A stretch of 64,000 nucleotides of DNA from an uncultured bacterium. GTDB lineage: Bacteria > Armatimonadota > UBA5829. A model generated the notes under the pieces. The model saw only the letters and a list, made by a program, of their open reading frames with translations, was not told the origin of the DNA and ran no database searches. A program made the translations under genes and the position numbers. The DNA is taken from contig CAWGNL010000060.1 of NCBI GenBank assembly GCA_963823885.1, positions 576 to 64,575 of the forward strand, written 5' to 3'. This document shows, piece by piece, positions 52,344-62,428 of the stretch (positions are counted from its first letter, which is position 1; each line of letters begins with the position of its first letter).

Positions 52344-52451
52344 GGGGTTGGCGGGGGGTTGTGGAAGGGCTGGGCCAGCGACTGGCGGCACGGAACGTCT
52401 GTTCGGGTCGCCTCCCTTACACGGTAGGCATGGGGTTACGGCGTTAACCTA

Positions 52452-53284
52452 TTATATAGTGTTTTCAGAAGGATGACAGCAAGGCTGAGCTCTTACGAAG
52501 GCAGGGGTCTTCGATGACGCCGCGTAGGGGTGATCGCGCATTACTTCAGGAAGGGCGCCGGCATCGACGGGTATTGCGCGTTTGAACTCACACGGGTGCG
52601 TGGGATGCAGATTCTCCATATCGCGATTGGTCTTCCACCTCAGCCAAACATCCTCATACCAACCCGGAACCAACTCAAGACGGTGAAGGGTGTTGGCAAG
52701 TTTCTGCCGGATCCTCTCGTCAATCCGCGCGTAAGAAAAGTGATGGCAGACAGCAACGCGCCGCGGGTATCATGCAGCGCCAGCGCTCGTTCGTCCGGCT
52801 GAGTCCGATGAGCTTCGTCCGCGGCTTGAACCGGCTGATCAGATACCTGCGGTAGGGCTCCGGCGGATCTATCACGTAGAACGGATGAATCCCCCAGTAC
52901 GTCCTCATCCTGATTCTGAATTGGCCTATGAACGGACGAAGCGCAATAAACCTCCTGAGTCTGACAAGGTCGGCTGTGGAATACATCTCGTCCGCGTCCA
53001 CTGTCATGAAATAGTCCGACTTGTACCTGAGCGCTTCGAATGTATCGATGCGCTGCTCCATTTCCGATCCCCACTGACCAGCGATAATACTCAGTTTTCC
53101 GCACGGATCGGGGAAAGATCTCACAATATCGAGTGTATCGTCAAGAGGCTCAGCGACGCCGCCCCACGGCACTCCGGTGTTGACGCTTATCGCTATCGCG
53201 CTGGCGAAGTCATAAATCGAGCGCAGGCAGTCACTCTATGTAGTCCTGCTCGTTGTGCGCGCAGACCGATACCCCTATGCGCAT
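52452..53284 (-). CDS. Glycosyltransferase-like protein (GT2-type N-terminus; 2 or more frameshifts)
   Basis: It starts MRIGVSVCAHNEQDYIE (ATG 53284) and then reads ...AIAISVNTGVPWGG..., FMTVDADEMY (DxD). The pieces are 52720..53172, 52640..53104 and 52452..52673. Confidence 0.5.
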
Positions 53285-53298
53285 TCTTTCTCCAAGCG

Positions 53299-54255
53299 TC
53301 AATCCCATACTCCGATATGCTTCCGGTAGCGTTCATCCGAGCACCCGGGCATTCCCCACGCGAGCCAGCGCCATACCGCCCAGTGAGCGCTCAACTTATC
53401 AAAGCCCCTTTTCCACGCGCCCAATGACAATGTGTATGCACCCGCATAAAAGCACACACTTGCAAGTTCAGATACCGCGTCCCTCGCGATCACAACTCGC
53501 CGCGCCGCGGTTCCCAATCTCTTGCCGATGAGCTGGTATTCGCTTCTCTTGAGTTCCACGCGCGCCGCTCGGCGCGAGTATTTCGTCGAAGTGCCACAGT
53601 GGTGCGTCATGACGCTTTCAGGCACGACAACTATCCGAAATCCGCGGTCGCGAATTCTCGCGCACCACTCCACGATCTCGTGATAAAAGAAGAAATCCTC
53701 GTCCATAAGCCCGGCGGCCCGGATTGCCTCGCGCCGGACCATAACAGCCGCCCCCTCGGTTGCTTCGACATCCAAGGCTTGCGAGCCGACCTTTGCGACC
53801 CATGCCCGATAATTGCTCTTGCCCACCCAGGGAACCAAGAGGCGCGTCAGAGTTGGCTGCAGAAGGAGCGTGCGAGACCGCTTTCCGCCGCCATCAACGA
53901 GGGATGGCGCGGACAGACCCACATCCGGGTTCGAGAGCATATAGCTCAGCAACCTCTGCACGGATCCGCCGCTTGCCTCGACATCGCTGTTCGTGAGCAG
54001 CACGAAGTCCCCGCTCGACTCCCTGATGCCGGCGTTCATGCCGCGGGCGAACCCCAGATTCGAAGGCATCTCCACCACTCTCGCCCCGCTGCAAAGCCCC
54101 TTGATTGTCTCCACGCTGCCATCCCCGGAGCAGTTATCCACTACTATCATCTCGACCGGCCCATCCGCAATCGTGGCGCCGGCGCATTCCAGCGCCTTCA
54201 CGGTTTGCGCCGGAGTGCGGAAGTTCAGAACAACGATCGACAGCGGCCCATGCAT
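53299..54255 (-). CDS. Family 2 glycosyltransferase
   Basis: Intact 318-aa ORF. LSIVVLNFRTP, MIVVDNCSGDGS, LLTNSDV, and FFFYHEIVEW (DxD plus the typical C-region). Confidence 0.85.
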   Translation of the reverse strand: MHGPLSIVVLNFRTPAQTVKALECAGATIADGPVEMIVVDNCSGDGSVETIKGLCSGARVVEMPSNLGFARGMNAGIRESSGDFVLLTNSDVEASGGSVQRLLSYMLSNPDVGLSAPSLVDGGGKRSRTLLLQPTLTRLLVPWVGKSNYRAWVAKVGSQALDVEATEGAAVMVRREAIRAAGLMDEDFFFYHEIVEWCARIRDRGFRIVVVPESVMTHHCGTSTKYSRRAARVELKRSEYQLIGKRLGTAARRVVIARDAVSELASVCFYAGAYTLSLGAWKRGFDKLSAHWAVWRWLAWGMPGCSDERYRKHIGVWD

Positions 54256-54318
54256 ACTAGATTATACACGCGCCCCCGCAGGCTGGCAACGAGTACAACC
54301 GATCGATGCGGCGCAGAA

Positions 54319-54489
54319 GGAGACCAGGACGAATTTGCCGGTGTATCGGCAATCATGCTCTCGATACGTAGCAGTTTCGGGAACAAGATTCCCGAAACAC
54401 CCAAGGAGGCCAGGACGAATTTGCCGGTGTATCGGGAATCATGCTCTCGATACGTAGCAGTTTCGGGAACAAGATTCCCGAAACACCCA
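54319..54489. repeat. Two tandem 85-bp units containing a degenerate REPIN-A'
   Basis: aggag(a/g)ccaggacgaatttgccggtgtatcgg.aatcatgctctcgatacgtagcagtttcgggaacaagattcccgaaacaccca occurs twice. Confidence 0.9.
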
Positions 54490-54560
54490 ACCCAACACCC
54501 AAATTCCAAATGTTGAATTTAAGGGAGCCCCTGTCCGATCGCCGCATCCCTTCCCCCAAT

Positions 54561-55643
54561 TCAAAATTCAGAATTCAGAATTCGTTCCGCAAGAACGGTC
54601 TCCAATGCTTTTCTCACTTGTTCAAAGCTTATCTGGTTGTGGCAGTTCGGATACCCGCACGGCTGACACTCGCGAAGACAGAGACGTTCGTCCTTGCCTT
54701 CAACCCTCACTATTTGCGCCGGCGCATCGGTCCAGGGACGCCAGGTATTGATGGAGGCGCCGTGGACGAAAATCACCACCTGCGGGATCCCCATGGCCGC
54801 CGCTATGTGCGCCGGTCCGCTGTCATTTCCAACGAAGACAGATGACCGTCCTATCAGAGCAATAACCTCCGATAGAGGCGCATCACACAAGGCGACCGCG
54901 GGAGTCCGCGCCTTCTGTACGATCGACCGAATTTCTCCACTTTCGCAGGGCGTGCCGATCACTACGGACGGAAGCCCGTATTTTTCGTGCAGGAATTCCA
55001 TTGTCTCGGTGAAGCCAATGGACGCCCACTGTTTATTGGCAGTCGATGCAGTCGGATGCACTACCGCGTATCGCCCATCCAACATATCGCTCGCGATACG
55101 AGAACGGACCGCGATGTCCGCGGCGGGGTCGGCTACAACGCTTGTCGGCGGCAGCGGAAGAGGCGTGGGAACACCCAGCCATTTGAACAAAGCCAGTTGA
55201 TTTTCAACGGTGTGGAGATCGTCCCTTCCCCAGACCTCGCGGGGATCGGGCACGCGCACGTTCGCCAGTCTCGAAGCCGGGTATTTAGCAAGTGCCACTG
55301 TTATCCCGGCCCCTGAAAACAGCGTCAGAAACATCGAGGTAGTGCCGCCGTGCAAGTTCACGGCAAAATCATAATGCCTCGCGCGGCACTGCCACAAGGT
55401 ATTCCACGCAGCCATGGCGGCGTTTGTTCCCGTGCCTGCGGGAACCTCGATGACATTTCGCACATACGGGTGATTTTTGAGCACTGCCGATGTTGCGCTA
55501 TCAAGCACAACGTCGATCTGGATGTCAGGCCGCCATTTCTTGAGGACCGACAGGCATGGCGTGATCAACACCGCATCCCCGATTCGGCGCAGCCTCACAA
55601 GCAGCATCTGGTCAGCCTGATTATCCTGTCTTCTCCCTCTCAT
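54561..55643 (-). CDS. Family 9 glycosyltransferase (heptosyltransferase-like)
   Basis: Intact 360-aa ORF. LLVRLRRIGDAVLITP at the N-terminus and FVGNDSGPAHIAAAMGIP near the C-terminus are GT9 hallmarks. Confidence 0.85.
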   Translation of the reverse strand: MRGRRQDNQADQMLLVRLRRIGDAVLITPCLSVLKKWRPDIQIDVVLDSATSAVLKNHPYVRNVIEVPAGTGTNAAMAAWNTLWQCRARHYDFAVNLHGGTTSMFLTLFSGAGITVALAKYPASRLANVRVPDPREVWGRDDLHTVENQLALFKWLGVPTPLPLPPTSVVADPAADIAVRSRIASDMLDGRYAVVHPTASTANKQWASIGFTETMEFLHEKYGLPSVVIGTPCESGEIRSIVQKARTPAVALCDAPLSEVIALIGRSSVFVGNDSGPAHIAAAMGIPQVVIFVHGASINTWRPWTDAPAQIVRVEGKDERLCLRECQPCGYPNCHNQISFEQVRKALETVLAERILNSEF

Positions 55644-55810
55644 GCTGCGGCGATTATAACCTGACTAGCGGCAGCAGTCAAGCAATTAGCCTGAAAGCAG
55701 AGAGCAGAGGGGCAGAGGGCAGGGACAGGGAACCCCTATGCGGCGGAACGACAAGCCAGGGGAAATTGATAATGGATAATTGACAATTGATAATGGGGGC
55801 GCAGCCACCA

Positions 55811-55877
55811 CTATGCGGCGGGAACGACAAGTCGAGACAATCCGTGGAGTAGAGTCCTTCGAGTTCCCGCTGCACGC
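55811..55877 (+). repeat. Family-F repeat
   Basis: Matches 36546-36612 in reverse complement. A partial copy lies at about 55735-55760. Confidence 0.75.
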
Positions 55878-55970
55878 GAGGCGCCCTTCTATGCGGCAAA
55901 AGGGTTATCGTGATATACTTCCCGCGGTAAGTTTCCCGAGGAGACTCTTCCCGCGGCGGAAGGCTGGATG

Positions 55971-56049
55971 GTTTCGGGATTTCCGGAGCGAATGTGACGT
56001 CCGCCCCATATGCGAAGGAGAGTGCTCGCTCCTCAAATCCCGAAACACC
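55971..56049 (+). repeat. REPIN-B in the 5' leader of GT2 gene 56121
   Basis: gtttcgggatttccggagcga ... tcgctcctcaaatcccgaaacacc. Confidence 0.9.
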
Positions 56050-56120
56050 GGGGGTGGCGGCCGGTCCCTAACTGTCAACCGTCAACTGAGAACCGACAAC
56101 TATTTTCCAAGGAGCGACAC

Positions 56121-56906
56121 TTGAGCGGCAGACTCGCGGTTATTGTCTCCACCTATAACGCCCGCGACACTCTCGCCCGGGTCCTCGATTGCTACTTGCG
56201 GCAGACGCGGCTCCCGGACGAGATGATTGTCGCCGACGACGGTTCCAGCGACGGCACCGGTGAAATGGTCGCACGCTGGTGCGGAAGCGCCACTTTCCCG
56301 ATCCGACACGTATGGCAGCGGGATGAAGGTTTTCGGCTTGCCCGGATTCGGAATCTCGCCGTTAAGGCCGCGTCGGCCGATTACATCATTTTCACCGACG
56401 GCGACTGTCTCCCCCACCCTCGCTTTGTCGAGGACCATGCAAGGCTCGCGAGGCAGGGTTACTTCGTCCAGGGCAAACGCATCCGAGTAGGCAGGGAGAT
56501 TTCGCCATCATTTGAAATCCTAAGCACGCCGCGGCTCCTGGCTTTGGGCCTGACGGGCAAGATTGGCGGGATACATCATCTTTTCCGCCTGCCCGGCATT
56601 GCCTCCCGGAAGGCCGGCCCGCACGGGATCAAGACCTGCAACTTCGCCATTTACCGGGAAGACTTTGTGGCTGTGAACGGGTTCAACGAGGACTTTGTCG
56701 GATGGGGCAGGGAGGACTCCGAACTGGTCGTGCGGCTCTATAAATACGGGCTTCGCCGGATGGACGTATCCAACTCCGCGGTGGTGTTCCATCTCTGGCA
56801 CCCGGAGAGCGACAGAGTATCCCTCGTCGAAAACGACCGTCTTCTCGAGCAGACAATCCAGCAGCCCGGCTATCGGTGCGCGCGAGGCATCGAAGGTAGG
56901 GGCTAG
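56121..56906 (+). CDS. Family 2 glycosyltransferase
   Basis: TTG start at 56121, 6 nt after aaggag. LAVIVSTYNARDTL, MIVADDGSSDGT, IIFTDGDC, and C-terminal GWGREDSEL. Confidence 0.8.
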   Translation: MSGRLAVIVSTYNARDTLARVLDCYLRQTRLPDEMIVADDGSSDGTGEMVARWCGSATFPIRHVWQRDEGFRLARIRNLAVKAASADYIIFTDGDCLPHPRFVEDHARLARQGYFVQGKRIRVGREISPSFEILSTPRLLALGLTGKIGGIHHLFRLPGIASRKAGPHGIKTCNFAIYREDFVAVNGFNEDFVGWGREDSELVVRLYKYGLRRMDVSNSAVVFHLWHPESDRVSLVENDRLLEQTIQQPGYRCARGIEGRG

Positions 56907-57044
56907 GGAAGGGAGAGGCATTGCCTCGCTCGGACGGATTTGCAATTCTCTTCACCACAGCCACTCGGTTTACGGCATCGCTTATGGGCAGATTGCGGAT
57001 CCGCCGGAACAGAGGTCCCTTCCCTAGTCCCCAGCCCCCAGCCC

Positions 57045-57954
57045 CTAGCCCCTGATCCTTCCCATTCCATCCCAAATACCACGGGCTACCGCTCGCATCT
57101 TAAGAGCCTTGTCTCTTTCGAACAGCAGGACCAGAAGCACCTCTTTGAGGCGCGTGATTACGGATTTCATGACCCACCGCCTGTTAGACCGGAAATACTC
57201 GCGCATCACAAACATGAGGTTTCGACTTCGGTAGTATTGCCTGCCGGCGTGCATGTTCGGGGTTACGAGGGTTCGGCCGAGCAGATTATGCCTGGTGGGC
57301 GAGCCAACACTGTGTTCCATAATAGGAGCAGCCGTAATAATGACCCGAAAACCCTTGAGTCTTGCCCGCAGGCAGTACCTCGTCGTCGACGTAATCAATA
57401 AACAGCCCGTCTCTGAATGGCCCAATGGTTTTGGATGCCTCGGTCGAAATAAGGGAACCCGAGGTGATGACCGTCTCCTGGTCCGCCCAGGACCCGCTGC
57501 CGGGGTCCTGCATGTGGAGAGGCGCTCCAACGGACTTATCTATGTAGTTCGCGCCGATGACCGCGATCTTGTCGGGCTGGTCGTGCGTATCGTATACATT
57601 GGCGAACACTTCCAAAGCGTTGGAGTAAACAATCGAATCCTGATCCAGAGCAAGCATCCATCTATAACCGCGCTTCAAGGCCCACTCTCGGCCGATATTG
57701 AGACCCGCCGCGACTCCAAGGTTGGTGGGGTTGAAGACCATCTCCGCGGCGTGCCTGGCGGCTATTTCGGACAGAACCCCAACGGTTCCTCCTGCCGCGG
57801 AATTGTCGACGACAAGGACCTCCGACACCTGGCTTGAGACCACATCCAAAATGCCGATAAGCGCATTACCCGGATGATATGTAACTATGACCGCGCAGGT
57901 GTTTTCGGAATCGGGGCCCTCATATTTAGTGTTTTGAGTCGCGAAGTCAGCCAT
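57045..57954 (-). CDS. Family 2 glycosyltransferase, rhamnosyltransferase-like (frameshift near 57370)
   Basis: CAVIVTYHPG, VLVVDNSAAG, ALDQDS, and LFIDYVDDE.. continuing as YCLRARLKGFRVII in the second piece (57045..57530). Confidence 0.75.
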
Positions 57955-58124
57955 GGGGTCCTATATGTTATACATCGGATTGGACGCAATCCGCAAGTGT
58001 AACGCGGCGCGCTTGTGCCGGAGGAACTCCGCGCTGCTGGTCGTTCGTAGATTTAACTGCCAGGTGGTGGGGCTGAGGTCCTTCCTCGCCGCTGAGCCGT
58101 AAGTGCTCACTCTTGTAGGAATTT

Positions 58125-58235
58125 GGAACCCGTCAGCCCTGAGTGCCGAGCGCAAGCGAGGTGTATCGAAGGGCGGTCGCTCATGCGGCCATGCTTCGAT
58201 ACGGCCCACAGACCGGGCCTACTCAGCAGTGGCGG
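58125..58235. repeat. Family-D palindromic element
   Basis: ggaacccgtcagccctgagtgccgagcgcaagcgagg ... cctactcagcagtggcgg. Confidence 0.8.
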
Positions 58236-58273
58236 AATCTGTTCTCGGAGGACTGACTGTTACGCTGAGCCCG

Positions 58274-58301
58274 TTGACTTTACAGATAAGTCTTGTATAA
58301 T
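58274..58301 (+). promoter_or_regulatory. Sigma70-type promoter upstream of the G5/LysM gene
   Basis: TTGACT (58274-58279), a 16-nt spacer, then TATAAT (58296-58301). The 5' UTR of about 165 nt contains a REPIN-B variant. Confidence 0.6.
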
Positions 58302-58352
58302 GGGTTAGCCCTTGAATATGCGGCGGACGAGTCGGAGAGATCCTTCCCCGAT

Positions 58353-58415
58353 GTTTCGGGATTTCGGGCTGGATCAGGTCCGACGAGCCAGGCTAGGCCA
58401 AAATCCCGAAACGCC
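58353..58415 (+). repeat. REPIN-B variant in the 5' leader
   Basis: gtttcgggatttcgggctgg ... ggccaaaatcccgaaacgcc. Confidence 0.75.
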
Positions 58416-58474
58416 GGGGGTGGCGGACCGCTACCTAACCGTCAACCGACAACTGTTTTCAGAGGAGCAATCAA

Positions 58475-59473
58475 ATGGAACATGAAGAGATGATTCGCAA
58501 ACTGAGGCGAGGGATTCTGATTCACCGTATCTTTATCGCCACAGTCGCGCTGGCGCTGATTTGCGTTTGGGCATATGGGCATTTTCGAGACACAAGGTCC
58601 CTGATTATCGTCGATGGCAAGCCGGTTGTCTGCGTCGGGTCCGAGCAGGTTGCAAAGGACGTCCTCGACCGAGTCAAGAACAGCGCCGGTGGCAACAGCT
58701 CGGAGGTCGAGTTCAAACAGGATGTTTGCGTGGCTCGAGCACCCAAAGGAACATCTCCGGTCAGCCGTCACATGGCGCTGCGAGTTATCGAGCGATCAGT
58801 GACGCTGGTTGTCCCGCGATGGGCGATAATCGTGAACGGCAAGCCGGTTGTAGCATTGCCGGACCGCAAGACCGCCGGGGAAGTTCTGGAACTTGCTAAG
58901 CTCAAGTTCGGCAAGATGGTCCCCAATCTGGCCGAGGAGCCGCAGTTCAAGGAGAAGGTGGCAGTCGATGTCGCGGCGGTGGATCCCGCCATATATCGCG
59001 GCGCCGCCGAAAGCGCGGTAGATTTCCTGTTCCGCCCGGCCCCCGCTCTCGACAAGGACGCTGTCTACTCGGTCAGCAAGGGCGATATGGGCGGATCGAT
59101 CGCGCACCGGTTCGGCATGAAGCTTGCCGCCCTGAAGGCAATGAATCCCGGCGTGAACCTTGGTCGTTTGCAGATCGACGACAAAATTCGGATCAAGGCC
59201 GCCGAGCCCGGCAAGCCCAGGATCACTGTAATCGTCAGGGACCAGAGCCAGCACACCGAAGCTATTCCGGCGCCGGTGCACGAAATCTCCAGCGCGCAAC
59301 TCGTGGAGGGCAGACAGAGGGTCGTCTCGGCAGGCCGGGACGGCAGCCGCAAGATAACTGTCGCCGCCATATACGAGAACGGACGCAAGACCGGGTCCGA
59401 AGTCTTGAGCGAGGAGATAATCCGAGAAGCCGTTCCCAGAGACATTGCCGTGGGGATTAAGCACGCTCGGTAA
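58475..59473 (+). CDS. Membrane-anchored G5 plus LysM domain protein
   Basis: TM segment ILIHRIFIATVALALICVWAY. Two IIV(D/N)GKPVV repeats. LysM (YSVSKGDMGGSIAHRFGMKLAALKAMNPG). C-terminal G5 (VVSAGRDGSRKITVAAIYENGRKTGSEVLSEEII). Confidence 0.7.
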   Translation: MEHEEMIRKLRRGILIHRIFIATVALALICVWAYGHFRDTRSLIIVDGKPVVCVGSEQVAKDVLDRVKNSAGGNSSEVEFKQDVCVARAPKGTSPVSRHMALRVIERSVTLVVPRWAIIVNGKPVVALPDRKTAGEVLELAKLKFGKMVPNLAEEPQFKEKVAVDVAAVDPAIYRGAAESAVDFLFRPAPALDKDAVYSVSKGDMGGSIAHRFGMKLAALKAMNPGVNLGRLQIDDKIRIKAAEPGKPRITVIVRDQSQHTEAIPAPVHEISSAQLVEGRQRVVSAGRDGSRKITVAAIYENGRKTGSEVLSEEIIREAVPRDIAVGIKHAR

Positions 59474-59598
59474 AGTTGACGGTTGTGGATTGGCGCCACG
59501 CCCTCCCTAACTGCCAACTGTAAACAGTCAACCCTAAACCAAGCGGGGCCGGATTGCGAACATACCCGAACAGAGGCTCTTGACTTTCGACTTCCGCC

Positions 59599-60195
59599 AT
59601 GGACATCATCCTCGCCTCAGCTTCGCCGCGCAGAAAGGAGCTTCTCGGGCTTCTTTTCGACAGCTTTCGCGTGGCGCCCAGCCGATTCGATGAGTCGTTG
59701 ACGCCTCGCGACCTCGACCCCCGTGAACACGTTTTGTACTGCGCTCTCATGAAGGCCCGAGACGTGGCCGCGAAGCACGCGCACTCACTGGTAATCGGCG
59801 CGGACACGATAGTGGTGGTGGACGAGCAGATACTGGGCAAGCCATCCGACGTGGAAGACGCTCGCGGGATGCTGCGCATGCTCAGCGGCAGAAAACACCA
59901 GGTCTACACCGGCGTTGCACTGATCGAGAACGGAATCGAACGCAGCGCATGCGAGAGCACCGACGTCTACTTCGCCGCGCTTTCCGAGCAGGTCATCTCC
60001 CGATACATCTCCACCGGCGAACCCCTGGACAAGGCCGGCGCCTACGCAATCCAGGGCAGGGGTGCGCCTCTGATCACGTCGATCTCGGGGTGCTACTTCA
60101 ACGTAGTCGGATTGCCGATCCACAGGCTCAGCGTTTTGCTGCGGGAATTCGGAAGGGAAGGGTTGAATGGGTGTTGGGTAACGGGTGTCGGGTGA
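59599..60195 (+). CDS. maf: Maf-family nucleoside triphosphate pyrophosphatase
   Basis: MDIILASASPRRKELL ..., GADTIVV, KAGAYAIQG. Confidence 0.85.
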   Translation: MDIILASASPRRKELLGLLFDSFRVAPSRFDESLTPRDLDPREHVLYCALMKARDVAAKHAHSLVIGADTIVVVDEQILGKPSDVEDARGMLRMLSGRKHQVYTGVALIENGIERSACESTDVYFAALSEQVISRYISTGEPLDKAGAYAIQGRGAPLITSISGCYFNVVGLPIHRLSVLLREFGREGLNGCWVTGVG

Positions 60196-60253
60196 TGGGA
60201 AGGGAGGTGGTCCCTTCCCATCACCTATGACCCATCACCCGACACCCGTTACC
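60177..60253. repeat. 77-bp palindrome built of heptamers (22-bp perfect arms ggtaacgggtgtcgggtgatgg / ccatcacccgacacccgttacc). It is a likely bidirectional terminator or structural element.
   Basis: It lies between the convergent maf and Wzc-like genes. The TGA of maf (60193-60195) lies in the left arm, and the TAG of the Wzc-like gene (60253-60255) begins at the last base of the right arm. Confidence 0.8.
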
Positions 60254-62394
60254 TATACCTTCGCGGTCCTTGTTTTCGGAAGGCGAGGCGGCAAGGCATC
60301 CTGGTATGATTGGCGGTAATAGAAGTAGCCGCTGCTATCTTCGCGCCTGACGTTGTTCAATATGACCCCCACCAGGTTCACGCCCAGCGATAACAGCCGT
60401 GCATTCAGCTCGGCCTCACTTCCCCTGGACACCCTGCCCGCTGAGTGAACCACAAGGGCGTTGCCAACTTGCGTCGCCACGAGCACCGGGTCCGGGAACG
60501 TCACTCCGGCCGGCGTGTCGTAAATCACGAAATCAGCCAGGTCCTTGACCTGGCCGGCAAAGTCTTTCATCTGAGCCGACCGCAGGAGCTTCGCGGCATT
60601 GCCGGGAATCGGGCCGCTCGGCACCACCAAGAGACCTTGCACCCTCGTGGGAGCGAGCGCATCCTCCAGGCTGGCGGCGCCACCCAGGAGGTTGCTGAGC
60701 CCCACCTTGTTATCCAATCCGAATATCAAGTGCTGCGCCGGATTGCGCATATCGGCGTCCACCAGCACTACGCGGCGCCTTCTCTGGCCAGCGTCACCGC
60801 CAGGTTCGATGCCAGGACACTTCGCCCGGTGTCGGGCTCGGCACTTATCAGGCTCACCGCATTAAACTGACGATTCTGGCCGGCCACCCACAGGTTCGAA
60901 CTCAGAGTCTGATACGCGACATCGATTATCTCCGGGCATCGCTGCCTGGCCAATGAGTGAGCCCGGGTATGCGGTATCGCGGTCAGCACCGGCAGCCCCA
61001 GCAATGCTTCCGCATCGGCGGCAGTCCTGACCGAGTTGTCGGTATAGTTCAACAGCAGAGCAGTTCCTATGCCAAGCAGCGGACCCAGCGCCATCGCCAA
61101 GAACAGTTTCACGAGCGACTTGTTGCCCGCCGGAATCACATAGGCGGGATCGATTGTCTTCAGCTCCACTTCGTGATTGGCTTGTCCCTCTTTCAGCTTG
61201 GCTTCGTCGAGTTTCTGCTTGAGGAGGGCATAAGTGTCGGTGGCAGACCTCGCGTTGGTATCCAGTTCCGCCATCTTGGCCTGCTGTTCCGGAAGCGACT
61301 TCATCTCGCTGCGCACCGCTTCCACTTCTTTTGCTGCCCCGATGCGCGTCGCATCTCCGGCGACTGCGTCTACCTTGGCGCTGAGCAGGCCTTCAAGGGC
61401 AGTCTGATATACCGGATTCTTGCCCTTCTCCTGACCTCCCAGAGAACGCTGCGCGGTGGAGTCCAGTTGCCGACGTGCCTCCTCTATCTCTTTTGTCAGG
61501 GAGACGACTTCCGGATGATTGGGGCCTCTACGTTGTTGTCCGGGACCGCCATTGACCATGGATGCCTTCTGGGTCTCCAACTGGACCAATTGCTGCTGGA
61601 GCTTGCTGCCACTTAGGGTCTTTTTCGGTCGCCTCACTCACAACTTCCCATTCGTGCGGTTTGAGCTGCTCGTACTCGTCGGTAAGCTGCTTCAAGCGAG
61701 CCACGCGGCTTTCGTAATCGGTCTTGGCCCGTTCCATCTCCGTTTTCGCCTGGGCCAACCTCTGAACATCAGTCATGGCCTGTTGATCGATTTGCGCTAT
61801 CTCGTATTTTTCTTTGTATTGCTTCAACGCGTCCTGCGCGCTAACCATACTCTTCTTGGCGGTTTCGAGCTGGGCCTCTATAAACTCGCGGCTTTGCCTT
61901 ACAGCCGAATTGTTGAGTTCGGCATAAGCCCTCTTGAACTCGGCAGCGACCACGTCAGCGGCCACTTTGGCATCCTCCTGAGCCGCTCTTTTTGCGTCCT
62001 CCGACGTGTCGCGCGCTGGGAGCGTGACCTCGACAGCGAGAATATTCGTGTCCTTGACAGGCTGGACCGATGTGGCGGCAAGAATCTCTTCGGGAGTCTC
62101 GTGAACACCCAGGTCCGAAAGGGTACTGACGGCATTGGTCAAAACTCTTTCGCTTGTGGCGATGACGCCGAGGTTCGACAACTTGAGTCGCATGTCCAAC
62201 TGGATCATCTGCTCGGGGTACAAAGGGACGCCTTCGTGCGACATTCCGGTGGACTCCATCAACGTCGTCCGTCCGATATATGAGGGCGGCGTCATAAGAA
62301 TATTCCACGCAACCACTCCGACGCACACAAGCGTACCGAGTAGAATCAGCCAACGTCTTCTTCGGATGATTCTGTAGATTCGCCAAAACTCCAC
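60253..62394 (-). CDS. Polysaccharide co-polymerase / tyrosine autokinase (Wzc/GumC-like; 2 frameshifts)
   Basis: Wzz-type N-domain with a TM segment (61528..62394). Coiled coil, second TM segment and P-loop region (60768..61637). Kinase C-part LVDADMRNP...VIYDTPAG (60253..60768). Confidence 0.8.
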
Positions 62395-62428
62395 TGGCTA
62401 TCCCTCCTGAGGTATCGGAAAAGGCCTG

